NCBI GenBank assembly: GCA_013115125.1
Contig: JABANN010000252.1
Span: 1 to 47,255, forward strand
Direction: 5' to 3'
Source: Perkinsus olseni
Lineage: Eukaryota
Length of the DNA: 47,255 nucleotides
Positions 11,041-22,376 of the stretch are shown here, piece after piece. The notes under the pieces were generated by a model. It ran no database searches. It saw only the letters and a list, made by a program, of their open reading frames with translations, and was not told the DNA's origin. The first letter of the stretch is position 1; every line of letters begins with the position of its first letter. The position numbers and the translations under genes were made by a program.

Positions 11041-12645
11041 ATGCTATACTCTACTCCCCTTCTGGCCGCCCTTTCTACCCCCTATGCAGTGATGTTCGCT
11101 GCAGCTGACCAGTACCCACTCCAGGACACCTGCCGCCACTATGAGAGATACTTTCAGGCCCCACCGACCTCCGAACGCCGGCCCTCATCGTATTGATTCG
11201 TTGATGTCGAGTGCTGCCACCACGGCAGCCGCCGCCGCCGCCCTTCCCAGCGTGAGCAGCTGTGACTCTCCTCCAGTTAGTGATTTGCAGTCTGCCAGGC
11301 CTGGGCCCCCACCTTCCCGTCATTGGCCTCCCGAGCCCCCTCGAAGCAGCACCCGCGGGAGGCCCCTCATGCGTGGGTGGAATGGTGGCGGGAGGTAGGT
11401 CTTGTCTACCAACAGCATGGGGGGGGAGGTCCATCAATGACCATTCAGGCTGCCCAGCGGTCGCCGTCCTCTTGCTCCATCCAAAGCCCTCGGTCACATG
11501 AATCGATCCACATTCACGTCACTGCTGGCAGCAGCGCTTTCTCTGTCGAGAGGGTGTCAGGCGACTGTTACGACCTGAACGCTGCCGTCATAATAAGGTG
11601 GGGCTGCCGGAGCTGCCCCGTGAGAGATCGTAGTTCCCTTCCTCAGAGACAGAACGGTTAATGCCACAGACAAAGACCTCCTAAGCAAGCTCAGCGTAGA
11701 GGGTCCCCCTCTGGCCTGTGAGTCGGCCTTCCAGTCCCTAGCTGGGGTACTCCACAGTGGACCCTATGCGTCTATCGATGAGGCTGTGCGAGGGATGTGC
11801 GCCTTTTTCTGGCCGCAGCAGGAGAGGACGGACCCGTCAGTGACTCAGACCGTGCAATGGATCGATCAGGTGGACTCGTGCAGGGGTATGAAGGAAGGGA
11901 CGTTATCACTGTTTCCTCCGTCAGGTTGTACCGTTGTCATCTTCGCATAGCACCGAGGTGGAGCCCGGGTGCAGCCTGTCTGACGATCTCAGCGGTCAAC
12001 AAGTGCAAGTGATTGGTGATGGCGATGGTGGCATTGTTATCAGAGGAGACTGTTATGGTGACCAGGAAAGGCGTACTGCACTCAGGTAGGCTACAGTGAA
12101 GGCCATTGCAAGCGATTACTGATCTCATTGGTCAGGCACGTCCAGTCATCGGCAGAGCTGGTAGCGCCCGAAGTGGCCGGGGCGGTTCGTTCCGGTCGGG
12201 ACTGCAAGGAGGTGTATCGGGCCTTTGGTATGGCGGAGGGAGGGAGTGTGGAAGCTGCTGTTGGGGCGGTGTGCGTGCTGATCATGAACTCCATTACCCC
12301 GGCGACTACTAGTGCTGTTGTTCTGCCGACTGTGGTTAATGAGGCAGGACGGACAACAACAACACTACCACCATTCGTACTCGAGAGCAGGCCTAGGGCA
12401 ACGCTGCCGACGGCTGATGCTATCATGGACGCGACTGACCCTTCTAGTACATCGAGCGAGATGGTAACAAGCTCGCCAACAACGAGGGCAACTACCACCA
12501 CCACGACTACCACCAGCACTACCATCGCAACTAGTGCCACGACTATTTCCACCACGACCCCCAGCACGACTGCCACCACGACTACTTCCACTATTACCAT
12601 TACTACTACTGTTACTCCAACCACCAGCAAGACCACTACTACTAT

Positions 12646-12682
<37 letters not shown>

Positions 12683-15282
12683 GCCTCTACTGCTGCTGCC
12701 ATCACTATGCGTACAACTCCGATGGTGACGACGCTGTCTCCCACAGCTGAGGAGGAGGAGGCAACCACCAGCGACGCCTCTGAGGCCCTTCCCAAGGGGG
12801 CTTGGCTGGACTGGGTGGGTGGGTGTCTCTGGGGCGGTGACGCGGTCCTTGCCGCCTCTCGGGAATCTGGCTTTACTAGGTCTATTGTAGCCCTTCGTCG
12901 TGCATGACTCCGAACAGTTGTCTAGTCGGTTGAAGTGCTCATGATCAGATACAAGAAAGGAAAACGGTGGTTCGTCTCATGTGCCTCTTGTCCTACCCCC
13001 CGGACCAGATATTCTTCGGTATCACTTCGACCACCACGGGAAAAGTAAACCATTGGGTTACCAGGAGAACCATCTCAGTCTGGCAGTGGGAACCTTTCAG
13101 GGAGCCTACCGCGTGCAAGTTGCTGGAAAATGCCGGAATTCGGAGCCTCCTAGGAAGTAAGATCTGTTCTTCCCTTCGAGGTTGGTGGACTGTCTCTCGC
13201 CACTTCTGCTCAACCGGCGGTCGTTTCCGCTTTATCCAACAGTCACCATGGTGGTCCATAAGGCCGTGTTATCGTTACCGACGCCCCTCGTAGGGTACGG
13301 GTTCGTCCTGCTGCTGGCTTCCTACCCGACAGCGGCATCCAAGTGGCCGAGTCAAAAGACTGGAACTGCCTTGGCATCTTCAAGTCGTTCGGGCTCAGCC
13401 CGCAGCTCACTGTGAAGGAGGCTGTAGATGAACTCTGCGATCGGAGTAGTCCCGCCAAGCCCGCAACCAAGCTGTATAATGACACTAGGCCCGCTACGGC
13501 ACCAACTGGGTCGAGCTCCGTAGGACGGGTGGTTCCCTTCTCACCTTCGAGTGAATATTAAGTACAGTCCCAGCCGCAGATTTGGACCAGTAGCCCTCTT
13601 CAGGAGTCCTTTTACTTATGCAAAGGGGTGCAGGTCGGAGGGCAGTACTTTGGCCTGTCGAGGCCTGAATCTTCCGAGTCATGGGATACTATATGGCACC
13701 TGCATGCACGCTGCAACTACGAGGACACCAGCATGGGGCTTCATCCGAGGTCAGACGCCTTTTCTGTAGTAGTGGATAGAAATGCCTTGTTATGAGCTTG
13801 AGCGTTGCCCTTACTGACGCTGATCTATCTCTCCCGCTCCGTTTTAGAAAACCGATGGTCTCTCCCGGAATGGTTTCTATTTGAGATTATGATTAGTCCC
13901 AGAATCTCCTGAATTTGGCGGTGTATGGTACGCTAGCCAGGTATTCCGCCACGAAATCTAGATGGATTGAGTCTAGCCAGAGTATTTAGTATACAACGGC
14001 GACGAACAACAATTAATGACCGTAGACGAGTTTACGCTATCGGATGGGCCTGCCTTCTCCTCTGTGTTCCTTTACCCTACCAGGCACCTGGATAAGATAG
14101 TCGCAGTCGGGAGGCCACCAAAGGACTGCCCAGATCTACTCAACATGTTCTACGTTCATGAGGGGAAGTCACCCGATGAGGTTATCCGGACGGTCTGCAT
14201 CCGCCATTTCCATCCTGAGATCACCAAACACGCCAACACTCGAAAAACGTTTCGGCAACTCGGAACGAGCTGGCCCTCCTGGGTAAGCGAGGCGAGTGCT
14301 CCCTGCTAGACGGTAGGGAGTTGTGCTGTGGTAGGTTCAGTTTGGTCGCTATCAGCAAGTTGACCAGTGCCTCATCATGTTGAATAAAGATATCTTCGTG
14401 CTCTACTATCAGCCTACGGGCGCCGGATCGAAGTGGAAAGGTCTAGCTGAGTGCCCGGGAGGCCGTGGGAAGGAGGACACTACGCTGTAAGCCTGAGTTA
14501 CGCAGGCCCGATGGTGTGGTAGTTTCCGCTTCCTTCAGGATTCCCGTGGGAGGCTTTGTTGCACCAAAAGGCGTCGGCGGGTATCGATCTTGTAGTCGAC
14601 TTTTCCACTACGTTATTGGTGATGCTACTTCGGATGCCCCTACGGCGGTGTCGAGGATCTGTGATGGGTTGACTGATGGAGGGGACAGTCGGCAACCGGG
14701 GAGGGTCAGGACTAACCCCACCAATCTCCCCACCAGCAGGAGGAGGCAGATGGTTAATAACAGGCGGACCTTCGCTAGGCCCTCATTCGTTAGCGATAGA
14801 GGTACCTACATCCAACCGACAAGGGATCTCACTACCACCTCTGTAGTGCCTCTATCGGTTGCCCCTGTGCCCAAGCAGCGGAAGGGTATCGCTTGCTCAT
14901 CGTACGACGGGCGCCAAGCAGTCAGCTTCCACATGATGAACGACATTGGCCGTAGCATATGGAGACTGGATGGCAGCTGTTATGCTCCGGGAACTAATGT
15001 GATGAGGAAGTAAGCATCCGTTCGGGCGTTGCTGCTGCACGCCGGCTCTCGGTGACGGCCTTACCTATCCGCCTCTACTGTTGAGCGATGGATGTTTTCA
15101 GGAATCTCGTCACTTACGTGGTAACTGATAGGGTCCTCTCCCAGTGCAAGGATCTGTTCTATTATCTGGCCCCCACCGCCAGGAGCAACCAAGCTTACAC
15201 CAAAGCCTTCTGCTCGCTCTTTATCAGTGGCTCGCCCACAGGCAGCACTGGCCGAGCTGGCAACGTAACTCAACTCTCTTGA
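11041..15282 (+). CDS. Large putative secreted/surface protein with six Cys-paired repeat modules and a Thr-rich mucin-like linker
   Basis: Hydrophobic N-terminus MLYSTPLLAALSTPYAVMFAAAD. C-x21-26-C motifs at 11717, 12203, 13367, 14127, 14591 and 15145. Thr-rich tract at ~12480-12700. Several in-frame GT-AG junctions were checked by hand (e.g. VMRK|NLVTY); others were not resolved. Confidence 0.6.
12480..12700 (+). repeat. (ACT/ACC)n low-complexity tract encoding poly-Thr
   Basis: Runs of actact/accacc translate as TTTTT in the 12128-12907 frame. Confidence 0.9.
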
Positions 15283-16710
15283 TGGGACTTTGGACTCGCC
15301 TCTTGCTCTCATCAGATACGGGCGAGTAGAATCAATACCATCGATCATTGCATGCTCGTGGACGGCGACTTCTTCGTTATTTATCATAAGCGTCTTCCCA
15401 GCTCATCCCGGTGGACTCTGGATGCCAGCTGTCCCGACACGAGGGAGTCTGACGGCGTTAGGAGGTGGGGCATCTGGTTCGGCGGCGACTAGCTTTTCCT
15501 GTTGTGCCATCTGTAGGGGTCAGGCAGGCGTGATAACCGTCGTTCAGAACTGCTTTCTGGGGCCAAGTTGACTAGACTCCACTCAGCTTTGATGAAGGGA
15601 TTTACGCCAATTCTGCATGCCATGGATTGCCTTCGCTCGCCGTGCGGGTCAGCAGGATTGGTTGCCTCTCAGGGGTCTCACCAAAGTGGTCCCCTTCCAC
15701 GCCAAGTCCGACGCATCCTGTTCGCAAATATTACAAGCAGAGAAGATACGCAGTTCTACAACCGCGGCAGCCGCGATTAAGACCATCTGCGATCGGCATT
15801 TTCCAGGCGCGTGACGAAGCGGGCGCCTCTTTCCCGATTTCGGTCTATTTTCTGTGGTTAACTTGTCTTGTTACATGATTCCTGTTCATTACTGTGCGTG
15901 TTTACTTCGTGTCTTCTTGAGACCCCCTCTTACCCGCGTTCGGCGTGGCTTCATCTCCTTGTGTTGCAGTACTGAGTGTTGGCTACTGGACATGCCTGTG
16001 CAAGTAGCGAGCTTTTCAGAACAACTCGGGGATGCTCCCGTATGTCACGACTCATGAAAGGCATACAACGGAGGGAATCCTGACCAAATTATCTCCGCAA
16101 AACCCTTATTCGTGGGAGGAGGACTTGCCGAAACGGGATGAGCGAACTGAGCATGAAGAATGTCTTCGTTTACTGAAGCAATTCGCAGTTGAACTCTAAA
16201 CACACCAACCGAGTAGTCTGCGTTGTTGTGACATGTTCGACTCACCGTCGATTCATAAGCCTTGAAGGGGCTCATTATATCGCACTCGGAACAACACGAC
16301 CGAAGGAGCGTCAAGAACACATCATTTGGTTGGATGCTGACAGTCGTGGGGAAGCGGCGATTCGGTGCATCACCGCTGTTTCCAGGCGTCGTCATTGGCC
16401 TTCGCTGATTGCGGAAGTTGTTCTCCGTCTCCACCAGTCGCTCTCTCGAATCCTCTCAGTAAATCCATGTAAGCTGGAAAAGCCTCCTCGAAGGCAACAT
16501 CGGCCCCCGAACCTAACGGGCCGTCGAACTTCATTTCACCCCTTCCCTTCCTAGTCGCTTCTGTAGCGGCAGAGAGCTCGAGTGCTTCGGACCGTCCGTG
16601 AGAGCCGTGCTTCTCATCAATTTCCGCGGTGCTCTTCTGTGTAGCCCTATGCTCGGTATTGGCTTCTGCTGGCCTGGGGTCGTCCCTCCTCGTTAGGGGA
16701 CTCCTTTCAC

Positions 16711-16736
16711 GGTAGGGTAGGGTAGGGTAGGGTAGG
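16711..16736 (+). repeat. (GGTAG)5 microsatellite, G-quadruplex-compatible
   Basis: ggtagggtagggtagggtagggtagg contains four GGG tracts separated by TA. Confidence 0.9.
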
Positions 16737-17628
16737 TGTGATCGTGCGCAGTCGAAAGCGCGCATGCCCGTAGCAGGAAGATATGCAGGTATAACGACAG
16801 CCATAGTAATCGAATCATTAGAGTGCTGTGGTGGAAACGAGTGAAAGAATGGTGGGAACATCTCCTCCTGTATTCTCAGAACTCGGCTAAAGAAGCCGGA
16901 AGAAGGCATACAGTGCTTCCAAATGAACGTACGGTCTCGAGTCGAGACCTCCTCTCCAGGGGAAGACCCCGGCGTATTATCCGTTCTGGATGAGCGAGTT
17001 GGAAACCTCCGCCCTCGAGTGGGCGTCGCTACACGACGGCACAACGGCAGTCTCGTCATCGCCGCTCGGTGGAAATGAGAGGTTCGCGCGGGCAGCCATG
17101 TACGGGAGAAAATACTCGTCATGTGCGTGTCTTCTATCTTCTTCTGCAGGAGACTCGGCAAGGAAATGCTTTCATGCTGCCACCGCGAGGTTGAATCGAA
17201 CGCTGGAGAGTTCGGGTACGCCTCGACCGGGACACCGTCCTCGAACCTCTCGACCGCCATGGGCAGGTCCGCACAACATCAACATGCATTACACAAGCCT
17301 CTGACCCTATACTCGATCCTCGACCCCATTAACGATGGGACATAACCCATCCCAGAGTCGCATAGTGGTCATGCCAGACGACAGCTGTACCTCGACCGAC
17401 CGAAGCACCCAGCATCGCTCATTCTGCGCGGTATTTTCCAAGGTATATCTAGCAGAAGATGCCATTCCCCTCTGGCACTCCAGCCGCCTCCCACTCGACG
17501 CAAATCCGATCGCTTGACTGTAGTGAAACAGACAAACAGTACATCAAAGAAATTGTTATCAAGCGTGACTGGCGCATAATGTAACAAGTGACAGTGTCTA
17601 AAAGCGCATCGGTAATTCTTCTTCCCAT

Positions 17629-20188
17629 TCATCGCCTGTTCCGTCGACTCCGACGGTTAGTGTTCTGCGCGATGACGAAGCTGCCCTGCACGTCCGCATC
17701 AGTAGCCCCGGACTTTTCAACTTGTGCCCTCATGCTCAAGTATTGCTTCAAATCTTTCATCTGTTCTCGGAGGTCAGCCTTCTCCGAGTGGAGCTTCTTT
17801 GCACGAACCTGAGGAGCGGTATCAGACAGGCACTCATCGCTGAGAGGCACAGAAAAAGGAAAATCTAACAAATTCGCCCACACAAGACGACATTAAGCTC
17901 CACTCACCATCGACGCTATTTTCCGCCGCTGTATGTCCTTCTTCAGTCCAGCCACTACATCATCAAGCTCTCGTCGTTCTTCCTTCAACCCATCACATGC
18001 AAGGTTCAACCTCAGATACGGACAATTCGCGCCTTCCCATCACTAACCCTCCCACTTCTCGAGTGCCGACGTGACCTCCTCTTCCTCCGACTTCAGCTGT
18101 GTTCGCTCCTCGTCCACTACATCAAGCTCATCCTTAGCGTCGCAGAGTCTCGACAGAATCTCATCGCGCTGACCGGTAGCAACGGAGTAACTAACAACCG
18201 CAACAAACCACTGGCGAGGAGTCTGTTGCTTCGCCCAACGGAATAAGTGTAAAGTCTTTCCGTCTACTCCTTCTATGCCCACTTTCTCGAGGGGAATCAG
18301 GTATGCACAAGACGATCGGCGCATAATGAGTATCAAAGCCTTGCCACCGGCGCTGTTACCTCTCCCTATTCCGCGCTCGGATCTCTTCGAAGATCTCCTC
18401 GTAGTGCTGTTGCTGTGACTCCTGCAAAGTCGCGTAGACCTCATTGAACTCGGTCATGATATCCTCCTCGTCTCCCTGGAGGATCTTCTTCGCTGCATGC
18501 TTCACTTTCTTGCACGAACCTTGCCCAGCGACGTCAGCACCACGCCCGGGAGACAACGTCCTCACCTTTGCTGTCCTCACTCGCCTCATCATCGCCGCTC
18601 TCTTGCGAGGCCCTGCCGGTGAGACCAACAAAGCCGCCCTCGGAGAAGTCGTACACAGACTGCGTGGACACCTAACGAGAAAGCGGCGAAATTTTTCGGT
18701 AAAATTGTCGGAAAATCCTCACCTGCATGGCGAATGCGTGATCAGACTCCAGATAGTGGGCGTAGGCGTGGGTGTAGTGATGACGATCATCTCCCCCACC
18801 ACCCGCACCACTCAATCCATCTTCTACGAAACCCGAGTAGCCTTCATTATCACAACCTGAGGAGTTAAGCGTCGCGATTGAACTCCTTAAGTGGCAACGT
18901 ACAGCCTATGAAGCCGCAGACAAGGCAGACCATGAGCTTCATCGAGTCAGCCTCTCCACAGACATCGCAGCTACTGCATCTGCATCCAATCACGGGATCG
19001 ACGAGCGAGGGAGTACTGTGGCTGCTGCCTACCGCGACGGGTACTGCTGGAAACGGCAGACGGGGCAGGATCTATCGCACCACTTGGAGAGGCACTTCCA
19101 ATGGAAGCTATGACCGCAGAGTATCGTCAACGCCACGCCGCCTCCCCCGCAGGCTGCTTGGCCCCCAGTCGAGGTCGCGCTAGGGGAGTATCTTAGAGGT
19201 CGGAAGTTGACCACGAAAGTGCAGTGATGAGCCTCACAGTAGTGGATCGAGACATATACTGCACTGGTGTTCCTTGGTGAGGACAGGGGCGAACAGTTGT
19301 ACTGGAGCCAGCATGTCGTCAACAGTCTTCGAGACGGCCGCGTCTATCCGGCAGGCAGTGACCTCTAGCAGAGGCAGGGAGCTACCTGTGGGGGACGATG
19401 GCTATTTTGACGAGATGCGATCATGCTACTGGCGCCTCCGACCAACTGTCTGGCATTGGCATGGGAATCCGAGCCGCCCACGAGGACCAGGAGGAGGTAG
19501 GACTCTGGATAGGGACCATGCAGGACCTGCAAAGAGTACAGCTTAGGAGACCAACCCGACAAGGGGGGAATACAACGTAAATTCGACAAGCAGCAGTCCC
19601 GGCGTGTCCTTCGAGATGGGCCCTCATCGATGGTCAGATGAAGACTGGTGGAGAACGGATTCTAGTCTCGGTAAGAACTGAGGCGAGTCTTAAGGCGCTA
19701 TAGCCTATAGCCTATAGCCTATAGCCGATACCACACCAGAGCTGTATCGCGTACACGAGATGTGTCTACCCGGTAATAAGCCCCTGCTCGCGATGGTATT
19801 AACGCTGCAGGCGTAATACCCGAAGACTGCTTACCTTGTACTGCTCAACCCCAGCTTGGTAGGACTCCCATACAGCCACCACTTCTGTTGGAGGGGTGTC
19901 CTTCGATACACAGGGGCACAGGAGGACAGTGGGCTCGAAGCCATCGTAGTCGACAGCGGTGGACGATGATGACGACGATCGGCCGGCTTTTGTGTTGAAG
20001 TCAAATTCATCAACATATATGAGACCTATCAAGTTGGCAGCATTTTGCACTTTTTCCATCAGTTTTTTCCTCAGCTGACCTGTGGTCATGTGCACGCTCG
20101 GGTTGCCCGCCCAAAACTCATATTTATCGACGGAGCTCGTCGAAGGCTCCTGTCTCTCCCGCGAATGGGAACCTGAGCTTCCCAGCAT
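17629..20188 (-). CDS. BRAP: BRCA1-associated protein (BRAP2/IMP/ETP1)-like RING and UBP-zinc-finger E3 ligase, multi-exon
   Basis: N-terminal [13 protein letters not shown]2 segment [28 protein letters not shown]; zf-UBP-like CDVC...[13 protein letters not shown]-terminal coiled coil ending [14 protein letters not shown]...RRNRR*. Confidence 0.9.
19699..19726 (+). repeat. (TATAGCC)4 tandem repeat in a long BRAP intron
   Basis: Four exact 7-nt copies. Confidence 0.9.
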
Positions 20189-20387
20189 TCATCAAGGTTG
20201 CATCGCGGATGACGGGTGGCCCTCACAGGTTGACTGACTGCGAGGTCTCCTTATAGAGTCAGTGATAGCAGAAGATGCTCTACTGGGTGGAGGTGGGGAC
20301 GAGGAGGGTACCGACTTGGACGGCATTATGATATGGTCAGGCTACAGAGGGAGTGATTGGCGCCTAACGGGTAGAACGTCAATAGAG

Positions 20388-20493
20388 AGCGGGTCGAACG
20401 TCAACACTGTTGACCCAACAAACCCTGAAAGGGTTGTTTACTATTCTCGGAAGCGGGCCCGCCATCAGTTGGTAATTGTTCTTCACCTCTGAA
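20388..20493 (+). repeat. Dispersed direct repeat, copy 1
   Basis: Shares agcgggYcgaacgtc, aaagggttgttt(t)actattctcggaagc and ccatcagYtggtaaYtgttcttcaYctct with 21826-21911. Confidence 0.85.
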
Positions 20494-21506
20494 CCCAACT
20501 GAACTCAACTCAAACTGTTCAGCGAGGGGACATACAAGTCAAGTAGACTTATCTCACCATATAGCGACTCAACGTGAAGAGCACAGCTGCCGTTGACGGG
20601 TTCGCTCTCCTCTCGCTGGAGGTCCGAAGTCACCACCAAGCGACTTCACGTCGACAAGCTAAATCTTGTCCCGGAGGCAGGGCTCGCGAACAAACCTTGT
20701 CGATGATACGTCGGACAGCAGCCCACAGAAATGATACTTAACTTACTGGGCGTATACTCCTCCTTGTCCACCCTGAGTAGTAAAAGGGTCGGCGACTTCC
20801 GAATGCCTGAATGACGTGATGCTGACATCACATTTCCCTGACTCCCACCGTTTTAGGTCATCAGCTTCTACCCATGCCCGTGGCTCTCTCATAGCAACCT
20901 GCCTCTACCTCCTGTGACATGATACACGACGGTTTCTCCATCACTGTACCAGCCTGTTCCAGAAGGGGGTCCTCACTGTGTGTCTCATGGCCGACAGATG
21001 AAAGTAGGTCTTAAAACTTCGACCCTTGGGCAATCGAGAGCACATTCTCCACCAATGAGTAAGTACGGCATCAACAACTCCTGAGCCGGTACCGCTCCGG
21101 CGGTCTCCTGATCAGCCGGCGCTCCTCTTCCACCACTAGCGAGACTGTCTGTAGACATACCGGTTGATAAACAAGCTAAGTATCTATGCAGCACAAGCGT
21201 CGTGCTCAGGACTGAGTCCAAAAGACAAAGGCTTACATCGTGTACCGATCGATTCCTCTGGGTATGTTGAGAGTCCCTGTCAAACATGGAAGTCTCGGAC
21301 ACCGCGACGAGCATTATGGTTTCAGCTTCTGACTCCTCACTTCGCTACACTCACAATCAGTCTCCTCACCATTACTCCGATCTCATTAATATCTGCCGCA
21401 GCCGCGGTATCTTCACGGGTTGCTACAGCGTAATGGAAGCAGACTGCTTCAAGCAGTCATTAAGACGTCCAGCGTATAAGTTCATGGTTAAAAACAGCAC
21501 CCTATT

Positions 21507-22179
21507 GTGAGTTACTATGCAGGCTGCGGTCACGACAATGAGCTCCAGACGCTGAGAGAGGTCTACAAGCAACAACGCAACAAAGCCAATTCTGTCAAGT
21601 GTCGCCACTGGCAGAAGTGCGCGTCCATCCGCGGCCCGAACATAAGTTTAGCGGAGGTCAATTGCCTCCGAGTTCGCACGTCCGCTGTTCATAACCGTAT
21701 ACAGGCAAGTCTCCATGACTCAGGAACGAAACCGATTTAGTCGTAGCACAGAGCAAAGATTAATGCCTGTCAATATGCTCCACTATCACCACAACCCTCA
21801 CGGTGTAAATCCGTTTATGGCGCTCAGCGGGCCGAACGTCCAGAAATGCTACAAAGGGTTGTTTTACTATTCTCGGAAGCCATCAGCTGGTAACTGTTCT
21901 TCATCTCTAAATCGGTTTCGAGTAGGTAATGCCGACGCCGTGCTAGGGCTTCCCGACGAAGTGGCCTCACTGACATCCAAGTCCATGATCATCAAGCAGC
22001 TACACTATCGATCTTGGAACAGCATTATCGACGCAAGGATGAAGTCAAGAATCGATTCTAACTCTCGTGTCCTTCAGTCTGTACGAGAGGCAGTCGAGGC
22101 AGCCCCTTCGGCCCTCTGTGCTGCATCAGCGGGTTTACGGCCCACACCTCACAAAAAGAAGGCACTGTTCTTATCATGA
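21507..22179 (+). mobile_element. Possible decayed hAT-like transposase remnant
   Basis: VKCRHWQK...GPNIS resembles a BED zinc finger with one Cys changed to Trp. IIKQLHYRSWNSIID resembles the hAT TRWNS block. Frames are broken and the match is weak. Confidence 0.25.
21826..21911 (+). repeat. Dispersed direct repeat, copy 2
   Basis: Diverged copy of 20388-20493 with indels. Confidence 0.85.
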
Positions 22180-22272
22180 TTGGATTACTATCAATGATAG
22201 CTCTTATCCTGTTGCAAAATAAGTACAACTCTGTAAGAGATCGGCTGATGTTGCTGCTTTGAAATACAAAAA

Positions 22273-22301
22273 TGCAGGGCCCGGGGATCGAACCTGGGAC
22301 C
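22273..22301 (-). pseudogene. tRNA 3'-half fragment (T-arm, 3' acceptor strand, discriminator) followed by T5
   Basis: The minus strand reads GGTC-CCAGG-TTCGATC-CCCGG-GCCCTGC-A-TTTTT. No complementary 5' acceptor strand or D-arm is visible upstream. Confidence 0.55.
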
Positions 22302-22376
22302 AAATTTCTCTCGACATCATTGAAGAGAGCACCATCGCCATCGAGTCGTACGAAGTCAAGTTTGTTCCATATTTTC

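Noticed and set aside
12091-12795. 234-aa poly-Val membrane-like ORF on the minus strand
   Set aside because: It is the antisense shadow of the poly-Thr tract.
22272-22376. N-terminal MQGPGIEPGT extension of ORF 22272-22610
   Set aside because: It is the antisense reading of the tRNA fragment; the ATG at 22377 is the more plausible start.
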